Shown: positions 26,985-39,632 of the stretch, in pieces
How the letters are laid out: each line of letters begins with the position of its first letter
How positions within the stretch are numbered: position 1 is the first letter of the stretch
Assembly (NCBI RefSeq): GCF_002105155.1
Contig: NW_019028979.1
Location: forward strand, 62,001-126,000
Direction of reading: 5' to 3'
DNA from: Lobosporangium transversale
Taxonomy: Eukaryota
Length of the DNA stretch: 64,000 nucleotides
Notes under the pieces: model-generated
Database searches by the model: none
Told to the model about the DNA's origin: nothing
The model's input: only the letters and a program-made list of their open reading frames with translations
Translations under genes and position numbers: made by a program

Positions 26985-27402
26985 AGTATATTCCTTTATT
27001 AAACGCGTGTATAAAACGACAGGTTCATTTTACCAATCCGTGTTCAAGTATGTCATGGCTAGAGCGAACATGTCTCAAGGTAATTGCCAGAATATAGGGA
27101 ATATTGCAAATATGAAGTGAATGTCATAGACCAAAAGGCACTTTTTTTTTTTTTTTTTTTTTCCAAAAGTTAACCAAGGTACCCAAACTTCTTTTGTTTA
27201 CGTAGCTCCGAATTCGACTCCAACTGCAAATTTCGCCTCCTATGTCGTGAGCAAGTGCCTCAAATCATCACCTCCACGCTACATCGATTATGGCTCACTC
27301 TCCAATTTGATTAGAATTATTCGATACATGCCCCGGTCTATTTCCGAATTCATATTTGCAAAAGAAATTTGGTCTGCAGGTTCTAAAGCAAAACGTGAAT
27401 GA
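25734..27402 (+). CDS. Short-chain dehydrogenase/reductase, AYR1-like (1-acyl-DHAP reductase family), 8 exons
   Basis: VLVTGCTTGGIG, DILFNNAG, NVGS, YSASK and PGAIKSNI reconstructed across GT-AG introns. The C-terminus may carry a 1-bp indel (alternative stop at 27436). Confidence 0.88.
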
Positions 27403-30400
27403 GGGCAAAGTCTTGAAAGATGGCAAGACCATCTAGTCCATCAGTCAATCCCATCCATCTTTAAAAAAAAAGTGTGATAACTATTAACAATAAACTATAA
27501 CGACTAAAACAGCTGTTTGGTGTAGCTGGTTTATCACGATAATTTGTTTCCTATTATTTGCGCAGAATGTTTCAAAAGCCGGCAAATGTATCACTGATTC
27601 AAGCAATTTGAGCATTGGACCTTCATATCACAATACCATGATCGCACAACCAAGTCTAGGTGCAGAAGCTTCAGATAGTTTGAAGTGATTAATCGTCGGA
27701 TCTACCAAAGTGCCAGCATCCTTCGGTTGTGGCCCATCTTTGTAGTATATGTATCGGATCCGTAAAGTATCAAGTTATCACATTAGGTACCTAACCACAG
27801 AACCAAGGTATTGATTGATCTCTATACTCGGGCTAGTCTTGGGGTCACAGCTTGTACATCGAGTGCATTCGAGGCTTGTCTTCAAGCGATGGCTGATCCT
27901 AAAGTTGTAACTAATGAACTCAGCGACGAGACCCTTTTCGTGGACGAGGAAGAGAAAGACCAATATGAAAAGAAGGTTCCAGCAACAAGAATAGCGTTTG
28001 GAGCATATCATTTATCATACTGGAGAATATCCCGTCAATTTTATGTTGAACTTGAACAAGTGAGAAGACATGAGTGCCTAAAGCTTTACCCTTTCCTTAA
28101 AACTAAGATAAAGAAAGGGACTGATGTATTAGCCCTTCGTCAGCTCCTGGTTTGATATCCCAACGTGCATCCTACTTTTTCCTGTAATTTTTGACATTCT
28201 GCTCCAATACGAGAGGACCTCATAGTTGACCCTCTTCCTCCCAGTATACCATATTGATATACAGTATATACCTTGACAATAGAGTGGAGAGTCCTATTGT
28301 GAAGGGAGGACTGTACCAAATACGAGATAATAAATGTTCGTGATGTACCAAAGTAAAAGTAAGCAAGTTATTTACTTTTGCAAAAAAAAAAAAAAAAAAA
28401 AAAAAAAGTTATTTTCATTAAGGATCTCTTGTGGGTGTATTGGTAACTATCTGATTTCTTACTTTGTAGAAGTAGGTGCTTACCGATATTTACCGATTTC
28501 TTACCTTCGTAAAATGTAAGAAGTAGGAGCTGTCCGAAATTCTTAGTATTTTTTTTACGGTGACACAGTCCGCCTTCATCAGTACAATGTTGAAAGCCTT
28601 CCACGATACAGTTTATTTGATTTATGGGCCAAATGAGGTCAGAATCTTCTTTTTAGACAAATGTGCCGATTGAGAATGCCCTTGCCAAAAGATACTCATT
28701 GCGTTTGTATGCCGATGTTGAGGGACAGTTATTGGATAGAAAGTATAAAAAATTTAATTGAAATGCTCCCAACAATCATAACCTTAGAATTACATATTTT
28801 TTTCTTCCTCAAGGATCGAAACTTGGTGCTAAGCCCAAATCCACTTCTATTGAAGTCTCAACAAAGGCCATTACTAAATGGTTAATCTGTTTCCTACTAC
28901 CTCAGATCCGCCTATACTTATGTGTCATGGACGGGGTGGACTTCTTTCAAAGCTGTTAGGTTTATCTACAAGAAGAAGAAAGATAAAGTGAAAGACCCGC
29001 GTCTCGAGTATATGTCAAAATCTGACGCGCTCCTTACATGCGCCACCAAATTTGCAAATAACAAACATCTCCTTTTGACATTATTGTTGTATTGTAATAC
29101 AAGCATCGATGCTACTCTAAGCTTACCTTTATTTCCCGAGCTTACTGAAAACAGCTCCGAACATTTCCTACACTTTCCTTCTTATGTTTTCAGGAACATA
29201 GACTCGAAGACTCGAGTAGCTTCAGCTTTCTTCCGATTCTCTCCTATGAGGCAAGAATTTGCTATTATGTATATATATTATGAGTTGTGTGACGCCATTT
29301 CTTGTCAAAACAAGAAAAAAAAAAAGGAAAATAATGGGGAAATTAAAGTTTCCGGGGTTTTCCTATTACCCCTCCTTCTTGTCGACGTTGAAACTCAGCC
29401 CCGCATTCAATATGGAAGTTGACAATTGCTCTATGAGTGCCTATACTCGTTTGGATAATAGGGAAGAAACGTGGAGCGAGGAGAGACGCTACATGACCTG
29501 ATTTCTTGCGACAAAGGTGCGTACCCTATTGCGCATAATAGTAGACGCTTATCTCATCGAGCTTCGATCACCAATCCCCCGCTTTGTTACCTTTTTTTAG
29601 TTTAGAGGCTAGTTTATATACCGAAATATGCATAGTCTGAGTGGTTCAAGGACATATTGGGTTCTTCGATCTGCCAATGAATTGTAGACCTTCTACTAAG
29701 GAAAGATTTATCCAATGAGTGTATTAACATATATAATATAAAACTTGTACAATTTTTTAATTACAGCGATAGTGAACTGGAGTTGATTAGACATGGGTAC
29801 TGGTTCACTTTACATGTAATCTTCAAGCTCATTAAGCAAATAGGTATATATATACATATTCAGTGGTGAAATTACCAAAAGTGATCATTTTTGACTTTGA
29901 TACAATAAAAATATTGGAATACAGATTTACTTCGGAGTAGCAACATGATATACATATATATATAATATAATATATATCAGTAAAACTAGATAAACGTTGG
30001 AAACGAGTGGGCAACACACAAACACACACAAGCACGCACAAGTGAAGGGAAAGTCGTTAGATTGTAAAGCAAAAAAAAAAAAAAAAAAAAAAAAACATGA
30101 CGACAAATGCATCATGCCATATACTCTCCCTTTCGCAATCAACATCAAATGTGAACAATATCGAGCGGCCAAGTCCAAAATAGTCTAAACACCGTGTTAT
30201 TTATACATAGATGTACGTTTATGCTCATACAGACAAATAAATAAATAAAAAATGCGGGGGAGAACGTTAAAATAAGAAAAAAAAAAAAGGGCACATTGCA
30301 GTTCTAGGATATCGGAACAGAGTGGGGAGTATCGGAAGAAGGACCAGTGCTGATTTGCTAGAGGAGATTTAACTATATTCGAGCGGTCTATAGAAATTAA

Positions 30401-32583
30401 CTTGATCTTGTAATGCAAGGTGATCAGAGCATATAATTTTGATCTCAGCCAACACGCGAAATTATGAATGCCGAAAAGGAATAAAATACAATATGAATCC
30501 AAGGACAGCAAGAAAAGGAAGGTAAAAAAAAAAAAAAAAAAAAAAAGCTTAAAGATAAGTGGAAAGCTATGATTTATTATTTGGGAGGAGAAACATAGAG
30601 AGTAAGATGAGAGATCAATCAGTACATTGAATAGCGATGGTGATGACTATTGTAGAGATTGTAGTGAAAGCTCTCTAATAAGTTGTCGATATGATCAGTT
30701 TATTTAGCATGTAGTATACAAGGTTGGTATATACACATCATGTATCCAATACTGCTTTAAAATGGAATATTCAGGAAGTTGACCGACAATGTCAAATCCG
30801 TAGATGGTGATAGTAGAGCTTGCCTTTATAAGCATAGTGTTTTTTTATTTTATTTTTTTGTTTGTGAATAAACAATTATTTATGGCATCTAAACATAAAC
30901 AAATATCATATGTGACATTTCGGGATAAATAAAAGAAGCGCGTCGTCTGATATGATTAACTTCAAGCACACTTGATGAAAACTGTCTTTGGTGAACGTGT
31001 TCAAATGGTTCTGTTAGTTCACAAATCAATGAAGTCTAACGACGACAGGAGCTGATCATAGTTTCAATATCCCAAGGAACTATGGAATAAGTTCTGGGAA
31101 CATCCTGAGGGAAAAAAAGGGGAGGAAGTGTGATATACTTTTGTATATATTCAATTCAACTATTTTTTTTATGCAAACAACTTCTTCAGGACCCTCTTCT
31201 AGACTAACGGTAAATCATCATAAGCTTAAGCGTAACTAGGCGATGGTATAATATACAGGTTCTCGTGTTCACTTTAAATCCCTTAATGGTAAATAGACGC
31301 GAATAAAAAACGAAAAGAAAAGAAATCACGGAGGAGCAAGAAACAAGATGAAAGGCAGAGCACTGGAAGATCAGGAAGATATAGGAATCCAAAATATAAA
31401 TGTCCGCCTGTCTCGCTCTTTCTTTATAATACATACTTTTGCAATAACACGGGCGATTTTTTTTATTTTTTCGTAGACATGATGGCACAATTTTGTCCAC
31501 ACTAGTTTATCAGCTGTGGTTTGCAGGGTCGCGATGCTTATGCATTAGCACGTTTTTTTTTTTGTTTAAGATGTTATGAGGAAAAGGGAGAGTGAGGAAC
31601 AGGGGTTAAAGAGGAATCATTGAAGATTACAAACCTGTGCAAGTGCTTATCACCCAATGGTGAAGATGAAAGTTCAGCGTATTACAAAGCAAGATGGCCT
31701 TACATATACTCTAACAAGAAGTATAATATATACGTATACAGCTATGAAGCAAACATTTTGAAAAGAGTGATGGTTCATAAACACAGGCATGTTTATTTCA
31801 AAAGGAAGATAGGGAAGGAGCAGTGACAGGTGTGTGTTCAAGGAATGAGAGGCCACAAGGAGAAGAGAAGGGCCAAAAACGGCTTTTTTCTCAGGAAGGA
31901 ATAAAATAAAATATGTATGTAGATAAATAAATAAATAAACAAAAGCGTGCAAATCATGAGGGAGGGCAGACATATATATGATGTATGGCTTGGGCGAATG
32001 AATTGCTCCTCCACTGTCTGTGTTTTCCGATACAGTAAAAAGTATATACATATAAAGTAGGATAAATGTATATAAAAATGCTATTCAGTCAAAATCTTGT
32101 CTGTTATCTCGATGGAGAGAATGCAAATGAGCAAGTGGGTTGAATCGGTGTGTTTATTACTCGTGAATCCAAAGGATTGCAAGTGCACAAAGCAAGCGGG
32201 GGAAAGAGTCTGGTAATAAATATATTTAAATGTTATTTGAAATATTTAAAATAGCTGAGCAGTTTGGAATTGATTGAAAGATAAGAACCTGCCCCTGCGG
32301 TTGTTAACCTTGTTTGTTTGTCTCCACTTTTTTTTTTGTCCCATGCCCATGCCATAACCATGCTAGTGTAGCTGATCGCTTATATAAAGGAACTCCCGTT
32401 TTCTTCCTCACTTCCTCTTTTTTTTTCTTTTTTTCTCTTTTTCTGCTTCTAATGTTTTCTACTTGATACTTTATAGCTCTCTCTCTCTCTCTTATATACT
32501 CACTATCATCACCATCTTCTCTTAACAAACTTGACCAAATTTATCACTCACATTCATACTTCTACACTTCATTATCCACTAAC

Positions 32584-33527
32584 ATGAACATGACCATGAT
32601 GATGACCATCAAACCGACCCAAACCGCAAAAATCCTCAGCTTCAACCGCAGTACCTAGAAGCGGTCAGGACGCTCCTCGTCCCTATAAATGCCACATCTG
32701 CCCTAAATCCTTCCACCGCCTTGAACATCAGACTCGCCACATCAGGACACATACAGGGAACGTCCTCATCAATGCACTTTTGCAACCTGCCAAAAACGTT
32801 TCTCGCGCTCGGACGAATTAACCAGACATATGCGCATTCACTCAACCACCAAGGCGAAGAAGGAGCGCTCCACAGCTCCACTCTGTCACATCTCGATCAA
32901 GCCTTTTATGAAGGTAGTCATGGTTCCTTTGGCGAGAACAACCAGCAGCGTGCATCCACAGCAACTCCTCTTTCCCCTCTCCTTCGCCTTCTCCTCGTAT
33001 GACATCTTCTCCAACTCTCAAGCAGGTGCGCCAGCAGAGTAGGGTTTCTCCCTATCTTCTGTGCAAGCCCACATCAAAAAAGAGTCATTTCCAAATATGC
33101 AGCAGCCTTCACCTCCTCTAACCGCCATTCTTCACCAGTTTCTCAGCTCATCTCCGACACCGAGTCCGATGCTACGGCCTCGCCTCTTTTCACACCCGAA
33201 TCTTCGCCTGTCCCTAATGCCTTGAATCATTACACTCAGTCTTGTGATCACGTTCAACAACAGCAACGACAGCAACAAATCTCTACACAAATTCAATTCC
33301 AGAATAGTAGCAATAATTCCTATCATCATCATCAGCAGCAACAGCAGCAGAATGATCAGATCCAACATTTCCAGGGCTTCACAACCCTACCACCCTTGAG
33401 TCCCATGCAAAGCCCCAAGAAGAATGCACCAATGTTGTTGCCTCCCCCTGTGTTGGCGCCCTTCCGCGCCTCACAACCGGTGACCTTGCCTCCATTCTCA
33501 GATATCATGAAGTCGCTGTGTATTTAA
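32584..33527 (+). pseudogene. creA: CreA/Mig1-like C2H2 zinc-finger repressor gene broken by several frameshifts (pseudogene or assembly errors)
   Basis: [28 protein letters not shown] / [28 protein letters not shown] read across a 1-bp shift at about 32758. Later SPLFTPESSP and C-terminal LPPFSDI lie in another frame. Confidence 0.85.
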
Positions 33528-33991
33528 ACGACCGCATGTCCTCCTTTCCATTCTCACAAGAAGAAAGCAAGGAACAACAGATATCCTTTTATTATTGTGT
33601 TTTTCAATGACCTTTCCTTTTTATTACTATTGTTACTATTATTATTATTCGATTACTTGTATACATAGAACTTCTTGCTTGCTACAATACCTGCTACAAC
33701 TATTTACGACTACTCTTACTGCTAACAATAGCATTGTAAAATACACTTGAATATTAATTGCATTCTTTAAATGACCTTTTTTATTTTAAATAAATATGAA
33801 TTTGTGTACACAGAAAAAAAAAAAATGATGCGATTGAAAAGAAGAGTGAGAAATTTATCTTTGCACATGTGCACACGGAGATAACCATTTCTGTATACGT
33901 ATATACTATGCCAATCCATCCTCTCATTGTTTTAATTCTTCAGAATCTGAAGATGGGTTACATAGATGATTGTACTCATACTTCCTCTGTA

Positions 33992-34032
<41 letters not shown>

Positions 34033-34283
34033 TTTCCTTCTGTCTTTGATTGTTTGTATCCTTGCAGGGTTGTCTATCGGACATCCCATAACAGGGTCAT
34101 CGAAATGAACAAACTGAAACTGATAAAAATAATAAAAAACTAACCAAGTAAAGCAAGGCGATAAAAAAAATAAAAAAAAACCCTTTTTTTTATACATGTC
34201 GACTGAATGGTTTTGTGCTTGGTAGATCAAGCATGAGCCATCTTCCCTTCATACACAGACACAACTTTCTCTCTTTCAATCTT

Positions 34284-34561
34284 CCCCGCATTTCCATTTT
34301 TGAAATTGGATCCAAACAAATGTGGGGAAGTTCCTTTTCCCTCTTTCCCTCTCTCTCTCTCACGCTCTATTGAGCCCAATTGAAATTCGGGAAGCAAAAA
34401 AGCCTCCCTCTCATTCTTTTCCATCCTAATCTGTCTTTTCCCTCGGGCACATGAATTCTCCACACCATTTATCTTTCTCTCTTCCCCCTGGGGCTAATTT
34501 ACCCCGCATCCCAGTGATATGCGGAGGTTAAACCCCATTCTCCCTTACTCTTCGGCCCCAC
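34284..34561. promoter_or_regulatory. Cluster of seven SYGGRG (CreA/Mig1-type) motifs
   Basis: Matches on either strand at 34284, 34322, 34458, 34488, 34502, 34521 and 34556. The function is inferred only. Confidence 0.4.
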
Positions 34562-35095
34562 TTTTTTTATCCCTTATTCTTCGATCCCACTTTTTTCTAT
34601 TCACGCTTTCCCTTCTCTTGTTCTTCGTTTATTACGGCCATTTCCGTTCTCCATACTTGAATCCATCATAATGTAGATAGACTGGATCAACGCTGCCATA
34701 TACTTGATTCGTGGATACAGTACATGGGCAGAGCATGGATGCATGCTATCCTCTTTTCAAACCCTTTCCCATTTCGTAACTTTGAAACTTTCAGAGGCGG
34801 AACATAAGAACCTTGTTGGGAAATTATAAGAGATCAAACTAAAGTGACAGCAATGGATTCAAAGGCCTTGAGGCAATTCGTCAGGATCAGAAACGAGCTC
34901 TAAAACGAATGTCATAGGATCGATCTGGTTTCAAAAATTAAAAAAGCTTTGTAGTCTCATTCTTCACTTTCAGCCCATTCTTAGAGCATATGGTGCACGT
35001 TATTGTACAAGACAAAAAAAGACGATTGTTTTAATTGAACATACATTTGCATATCACTATTTACTGTCAACTCTTGAAACTGGATTTTGTCCCTT

Positions 35096-36292
35096 CTAGT
35101 TTTGACATTTTTGGGGTTTGAAGACTTCTTTTTCTTTTTCAAAAAAGTCCTTGATGGTCTTGCCTTCATGACCCGTAATTTTCTCCAGATCTCCAGAGAC
35201 AAATCCTGCTTCCCCCTGACGGATGAGGTCCAATTCATCTAGAAGCAAGTCAATAGCAGCATCGTTTGGCACAAGATGACGGCGATGGTCACCATCTTTG
35301 TGATGACCTTTATCAGCATCTCGATGGTCATGATCACCACTTCCTTTGGCCTCAACAGCCCCGAAAGTATGAGAGGAAGAGAAAGATCTCAATAATGATA
35401 GAAAGTGATCAACATTGAACTCTTCTCTGCAATCCTTATCTCCTTCGAGTGATTTGAAGTAATCACGAAGTTCATCGCGTTCAACTTCCTTCACTTTGAT
35501 CTCTTCGCCAATGGTCTCGCTTAGTTTCCCCACAATATCCTTCACTGTAAGCTTTTGAGGCCCAGTGAGGGTGTAGATCTTGTTCTTGTGGTCCCCAAAG
35601 GTACTGGCGCTGGATCGGGAATCGACGCTTTGCGGATCTTTAAGGTACTGCTGTTGCTGTTTCTGTTCCTGTGCAAGTGAAGGTTCAGAGTGACAAGAGT
35701 CTCCGTTTTGGCAATAGTCAATTAACAGACATGAAATGGCGCAGATGAGGTCGCACATGTCTAGCGGAGCCATCTCACAATCCTCAGTCGTGCTTGTTGG
35801 GAACTCTTTTTTTTCTCGGATGACAGATACCCAGAGAAGGAGGCATTGGTTCATGAACCCCTCGCGCAGGATGATGTAGCAGTCTACTTGAGCCTTTACC
35901 GCTTCCTCAATTTCGTGATAGGATTTGATATGCTTTAAATCCGATCTAGATTCCCCGGCACCCTCGACAGAGACCATAATGCAGCCCTTGATTTGCAGAG
36001 ATGCCATCGCATCCAACACATTCTTGGCGAGCTCCTCGCGACGTTCGTCAAACTCGGGGATGAGGATAGTGCAACAGACCCCCTGCAGGCTTGACTCTAG
36101 CTTAGAGCGGTCTTCATAATCCACTTGATAAATTTTGACGTTCTTGAGTTTTTTAAGTTTGTCGAGACCATCAGTCTTGCGGGCGAGGCAAACGAGCTCA
36201 GCACCTTCACAGTGTTTATTGAGCTGTTCAGCTACATAGTATGCGGTGCAGCAGCCGAGCCAAGAATCGACACTGGTTATAGCAAGTCTCAT
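35096..36292 (-). CDS. NmrA-like atypical SDR / NAD(P)-binding-fold protein, intronless
   Basis: Rossmann-like start (MRLAITSVDSWLG), YHEIEEAV, ILREGFMNQ, YTLTGPQKLT and C-terminal VSGDLEKITG..TIKDFF. An alternative start is at 36331. Confidence 0.8.
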   Translation of the reverse strand: MRLAITSVDSWLGCCTAYYVAEQLNKHCEGAELVCLARKTDGLDKLKKLKNVKIYQVDYEDRSKLESSLQGVCCTILIPEFDERREELAKNVLDAMASLQIKGCIMVSVEGAGESRSDLKHIKSYHEIEEAVKAQVDCYIILREGFMNQCLLLWVSVIREKKEFPTSTTEDCEMAPLDMCDLICAISCLLIDYCQNGDSCHSEPSLAQEQKQQQQYLKDPQSVDSRSSASTFGDHKNKIYTLTGPQKLTVKDIVGKLSETIGEEIKVKEVERDELRDYFKSLEGDKDCREEFNVDHFLSLLRSFSSSHTFGAVEAKGSGDHDHRDADKGHHKDGDHRRHLVPNDAAIDLLLDELDLIRQGEAGFVSGDLEKITGHEGKTIKDFFEKEKEVFKPQKCQN

Positions 36293-37725
36293 CTCCTTGT
36301 AAGCATTCCTAGGAAGGGTGGAGGACCGCATAACTATCGTGATCTGTATGGAAAAGCGAGATAAAGAATAAATTGAAGCACTAAAAATGGTTTATTCCTT
36401 ATTAATTTAGATAAGGAGCGCGAAAAAAAAAAAAAAAAAAAAGGTTAAGAAAAGAGTAGCGAGTTCAAAGGAAAAGGGAAGTCTGCTATCTTATAGAGAG
36501 GAGATCAGAAAGGGAATAGGGAACTTTTTTCTAATAATTACAATAAACAATAAAAAGCATGATATATTAGACTCATCAAAAGCAGGTTAATGATAATGAT
36601 AGATGATAGATCGCTAAACTTACTAGTTGCGATAGTGTTGGATTATCAATATTGATGGGTAATTCTTCGCCTGTTTTATCTCTTTTATGTGATATTTACA
36701 TTGGTTGTAAAAATGAGATTCACGTGTGAGGGCATATTTTGCGCTACAGCGTGTATTGAACGCGTCGGGGGCTGAGTTAAAGGCCCAAAAAAAAAAAAAA
36801 AAAAGACGGATCCAAAGCCACACCCGAGAGAGACAAAGCCCAGCTTTCGACATTGAACTCATTCAAAAGTAATAAAGCACATCACATCATTCAACATGCA
36901 TATTCTTACAAGAGCAGAGGAGGAATACTTATTCAAGACCTTAAAAGCGAATGCACTCAAGGAATGTGATCCTATTGTTAAAGGTGCGCTAGCTTAACTT
37001 GGAGTGATATACAAAAAAAAAAGTTGCAAGGAAAATGTGCACGATAATAACTAAATAATTTTTTATATGTAATATTGTAGAATTTGTCGAATGTACGCAT
37101 GGAAAATTGGTTACTGTCCTCTGGGGCTGTAGGGCACAGCATAAAGCTATGAACAAATGTCTAATGGCGTTGTAAGATTATTGTATCCCGGTGAATTTCC
37201 ATGGGAATCGTGTTCATTTATAGACATTTTTTTATATTTGGGATTAACCTCCAAAAAAAATGCCTCTTCTTTTTGTTTCATAATCGGGGACCTATCCTTT
37301 TAAATCGACATTGTGCAGGACAACGCAAGCAGACATGGACAAACTCAAGATTCAATATCTCAACGACCTTGCTGAAGGGAAAGTCGACCATGCTAAGCTA
37401 CAACGGGAGCAGAAGCAAAAGGAAGAAGAGCTCAAAAAGAAGGCCAAGAGCCATGGCCCTGGCGTCCACTAAGCACAGGGTCGTTTCTCGAAAGGAATAA
37501 AGTAAATAATAACAATAACAATAAAAAAAAGATGCAGTTGGATCAAATATAATAACAGCGGTTATAGTGCTGCTACTGTTGTTAATGCTGTAATCATGGA
37601 TATTGTATTCTGGTGCGATATGGACCGTCGTACAACGGACGTGCAACATGTTATGTCGAGAAGGGTGTTTCCTTGCAAATGCTCATCCTAGAAAGACAGC
37701 TGTTGGGAATCCTTTTTTTTTTTTT

Positions 37726-38605
37726 TTAGAAATGATCGATCTGCTGTACAAAGGTGCCAACATATTGCTTCACGACATCCGCATGTCGTAAAGCCATTTC
37801 CTGATCAAATGCCTCTTTTGCTTCATCGATATCCTTTTGAAATGCTTCTTTTGCCCGTTGTGTCGCGCTAATACTCCTATCTTTTTTCTAAAAAAAAAGA
37901 CATAGTGAATTAGCTATAGGCCTTGTCAATAAGTCAAGCAAGAAAATAATTGTTACCTGTGCGCCCTCTTTTATGGACTGGCTTAGAGCCTGAAGCCTTT
38001 CAAGGGTCGTCCTTGCTATATTAAGTATGAAGAATGTATCTCAGTCTGTCAATTGATGATCCGTTGAGCTTAAAGAAAAAATCTTTTTTTACCTTTCTGC
38101 TTCGTACAATTAAGGTCTGTATCGAATAATTCCTTTGCCTGCGCGATATTTCCTGATGATTGTTTGAGCATAGAGGCTATCCTTTGATGATTCTCTGTGA
38201 GTGATGTCCGCTTTTTTGTCTACGGTGTTTTGATCAATATTTTGAGAAGGCTGTGAGTGCAAATTGTGAAGGTCTGTGTGTATCATAGATGTAATGGTAT
38301 AAAGATGAAAGAAGAGTCCCTTACTTCAAATTCCTTCAAAAACGTATTGATAGCCTTGTCGACATTCACTTGAGGATCACCTAGGATGTGCGAGTACAAA
38401 CCATGTATGTCTATTGACGTCAAAAAAAAAAAAAAAAAAAAAAAAAAGAGAGAGAGGTTTGGCTGATTGCATGAGCCATTCTCTTTCCGTGTCCAGTTCA
38501 TTTGCATAGGTGTGTAGTATAGAATGCCGTGAGAGCTCCATTTGTACCTCCAATCATACGCTGATTGTCTGGCATCCTTTTGATAGTATTCTGTTGAGTC
38601 TGCAT
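37726..38605 (-). CDS. BLOC-1 subunit 5 (Muted)-like coiled-coil protein. Exons approx 38605-38548, 38410-38325, 38219-38093, 38016-37958, 37887-37726
   Basis: Spliced product MIGDIHGLYSHILGDPQVNVDKAINTFLKEFETKKR...TTLERLQALSQSI...FDQEMALRHADVVKQY resembles Muted (recalled human DLGEIHSRLLDH..RYFVKEFEEKR..VLQRLQAANDSV). All four introns are GT-AG and in phase. Confidence 0.75.
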
Positions 38606-39632
38606 TGTTCTTGTATCTGCTTGTGAGTTCAAAAAAAAGTCTTTTGAGCATTCAGAACGTCTACGTCACCGCAATTTTTTTTTTTTTTTTTTTGGTGTCA
38701 TGCACTTCTCAGTTGATCGCTCGTTCATCTCTTCTGTCTCCCTCCCTTCCTCCATCTTTCAGCGCGCCTGACTATCGTCGCTCATTTTTTAGCCGCATCC
38801 ATTACCTTGTAAGCAACTTGTCCACATAATATTAATTTTCTAACAGGGCATACTAACATGCATCCTACACAATACAACACACATTTATGTTGTGTCATCC
38901 TGGAGGGTTGAATAAATAATGCATGCAACTTTTTGCATGCTCTTATTTTCCTTACTTTCTTACTGGTACACTCAATGGCAGTACAATCTCCATGTGGGGT
39001 TATTCTTTCATTTTAAATACAACTTTACTGATACACATGAATATCAAAAGAGAGTGCTCGATGTTTTTTATCCATCTAGTGGCATGGGATCCATCTTGAT
39101 ACTTTTTGTTTATTGCATCAGAGTTAATTGTCTGGCGCATTTGATGTTTGAGAGATATGCTGATTCATTAGTGACTTAGGTGGTATTAGTCTGGAATGGA
39201 ATGAGATTCTTAGATGGATGAGAGAAAAGTAGTTAGATGGATGGACATGACTTTTTTTTATGATGTTGACGTCTGTTTGCCTCGTTCTTTTTCATGTGTT
39301 TCTAGCAGTAAGACTACATTCGTTATCACTCTTTTTTATTCAACTGAAAATAAAATTTCAAGGATAGAAAGACAAGGAACTCTCATCAAAAGGCCCCTCG
39401 TCTTCTCTCCTCTACATTAAATCCATTCCGACTTCTCGCCCATCTTGCTTTCATTCCTTTCCCTTGCCACATCGACGTGCATTCGAGATAGTACTCCAGG
39501 AACGGATACCGCATGGTCAACAGTCGGATCCTACTCCACCCATTCATCGCAAAATCACGAAAAAGAGCAAAAAAAAGTGTCTTCTCTCCCTAACTAAGAA
39601 TCCCTTGTCTCCCCTCTTTTAACTTTTGAGTA

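Noticed and set aside
29630..29680. tRNA-like A box (TAGTCTGAGTGG) and partial B box
   Set aside because: No cloverleaf can be formed, and the spacing and B box are wrong.
32584..32800. Programmed ribosomal frameshifting in the CreA-like gene
   Set aside because: It would need three or more shifts in both directions with no slippery-site or stimulator pattern; indel errors or decay are simpler explanations.
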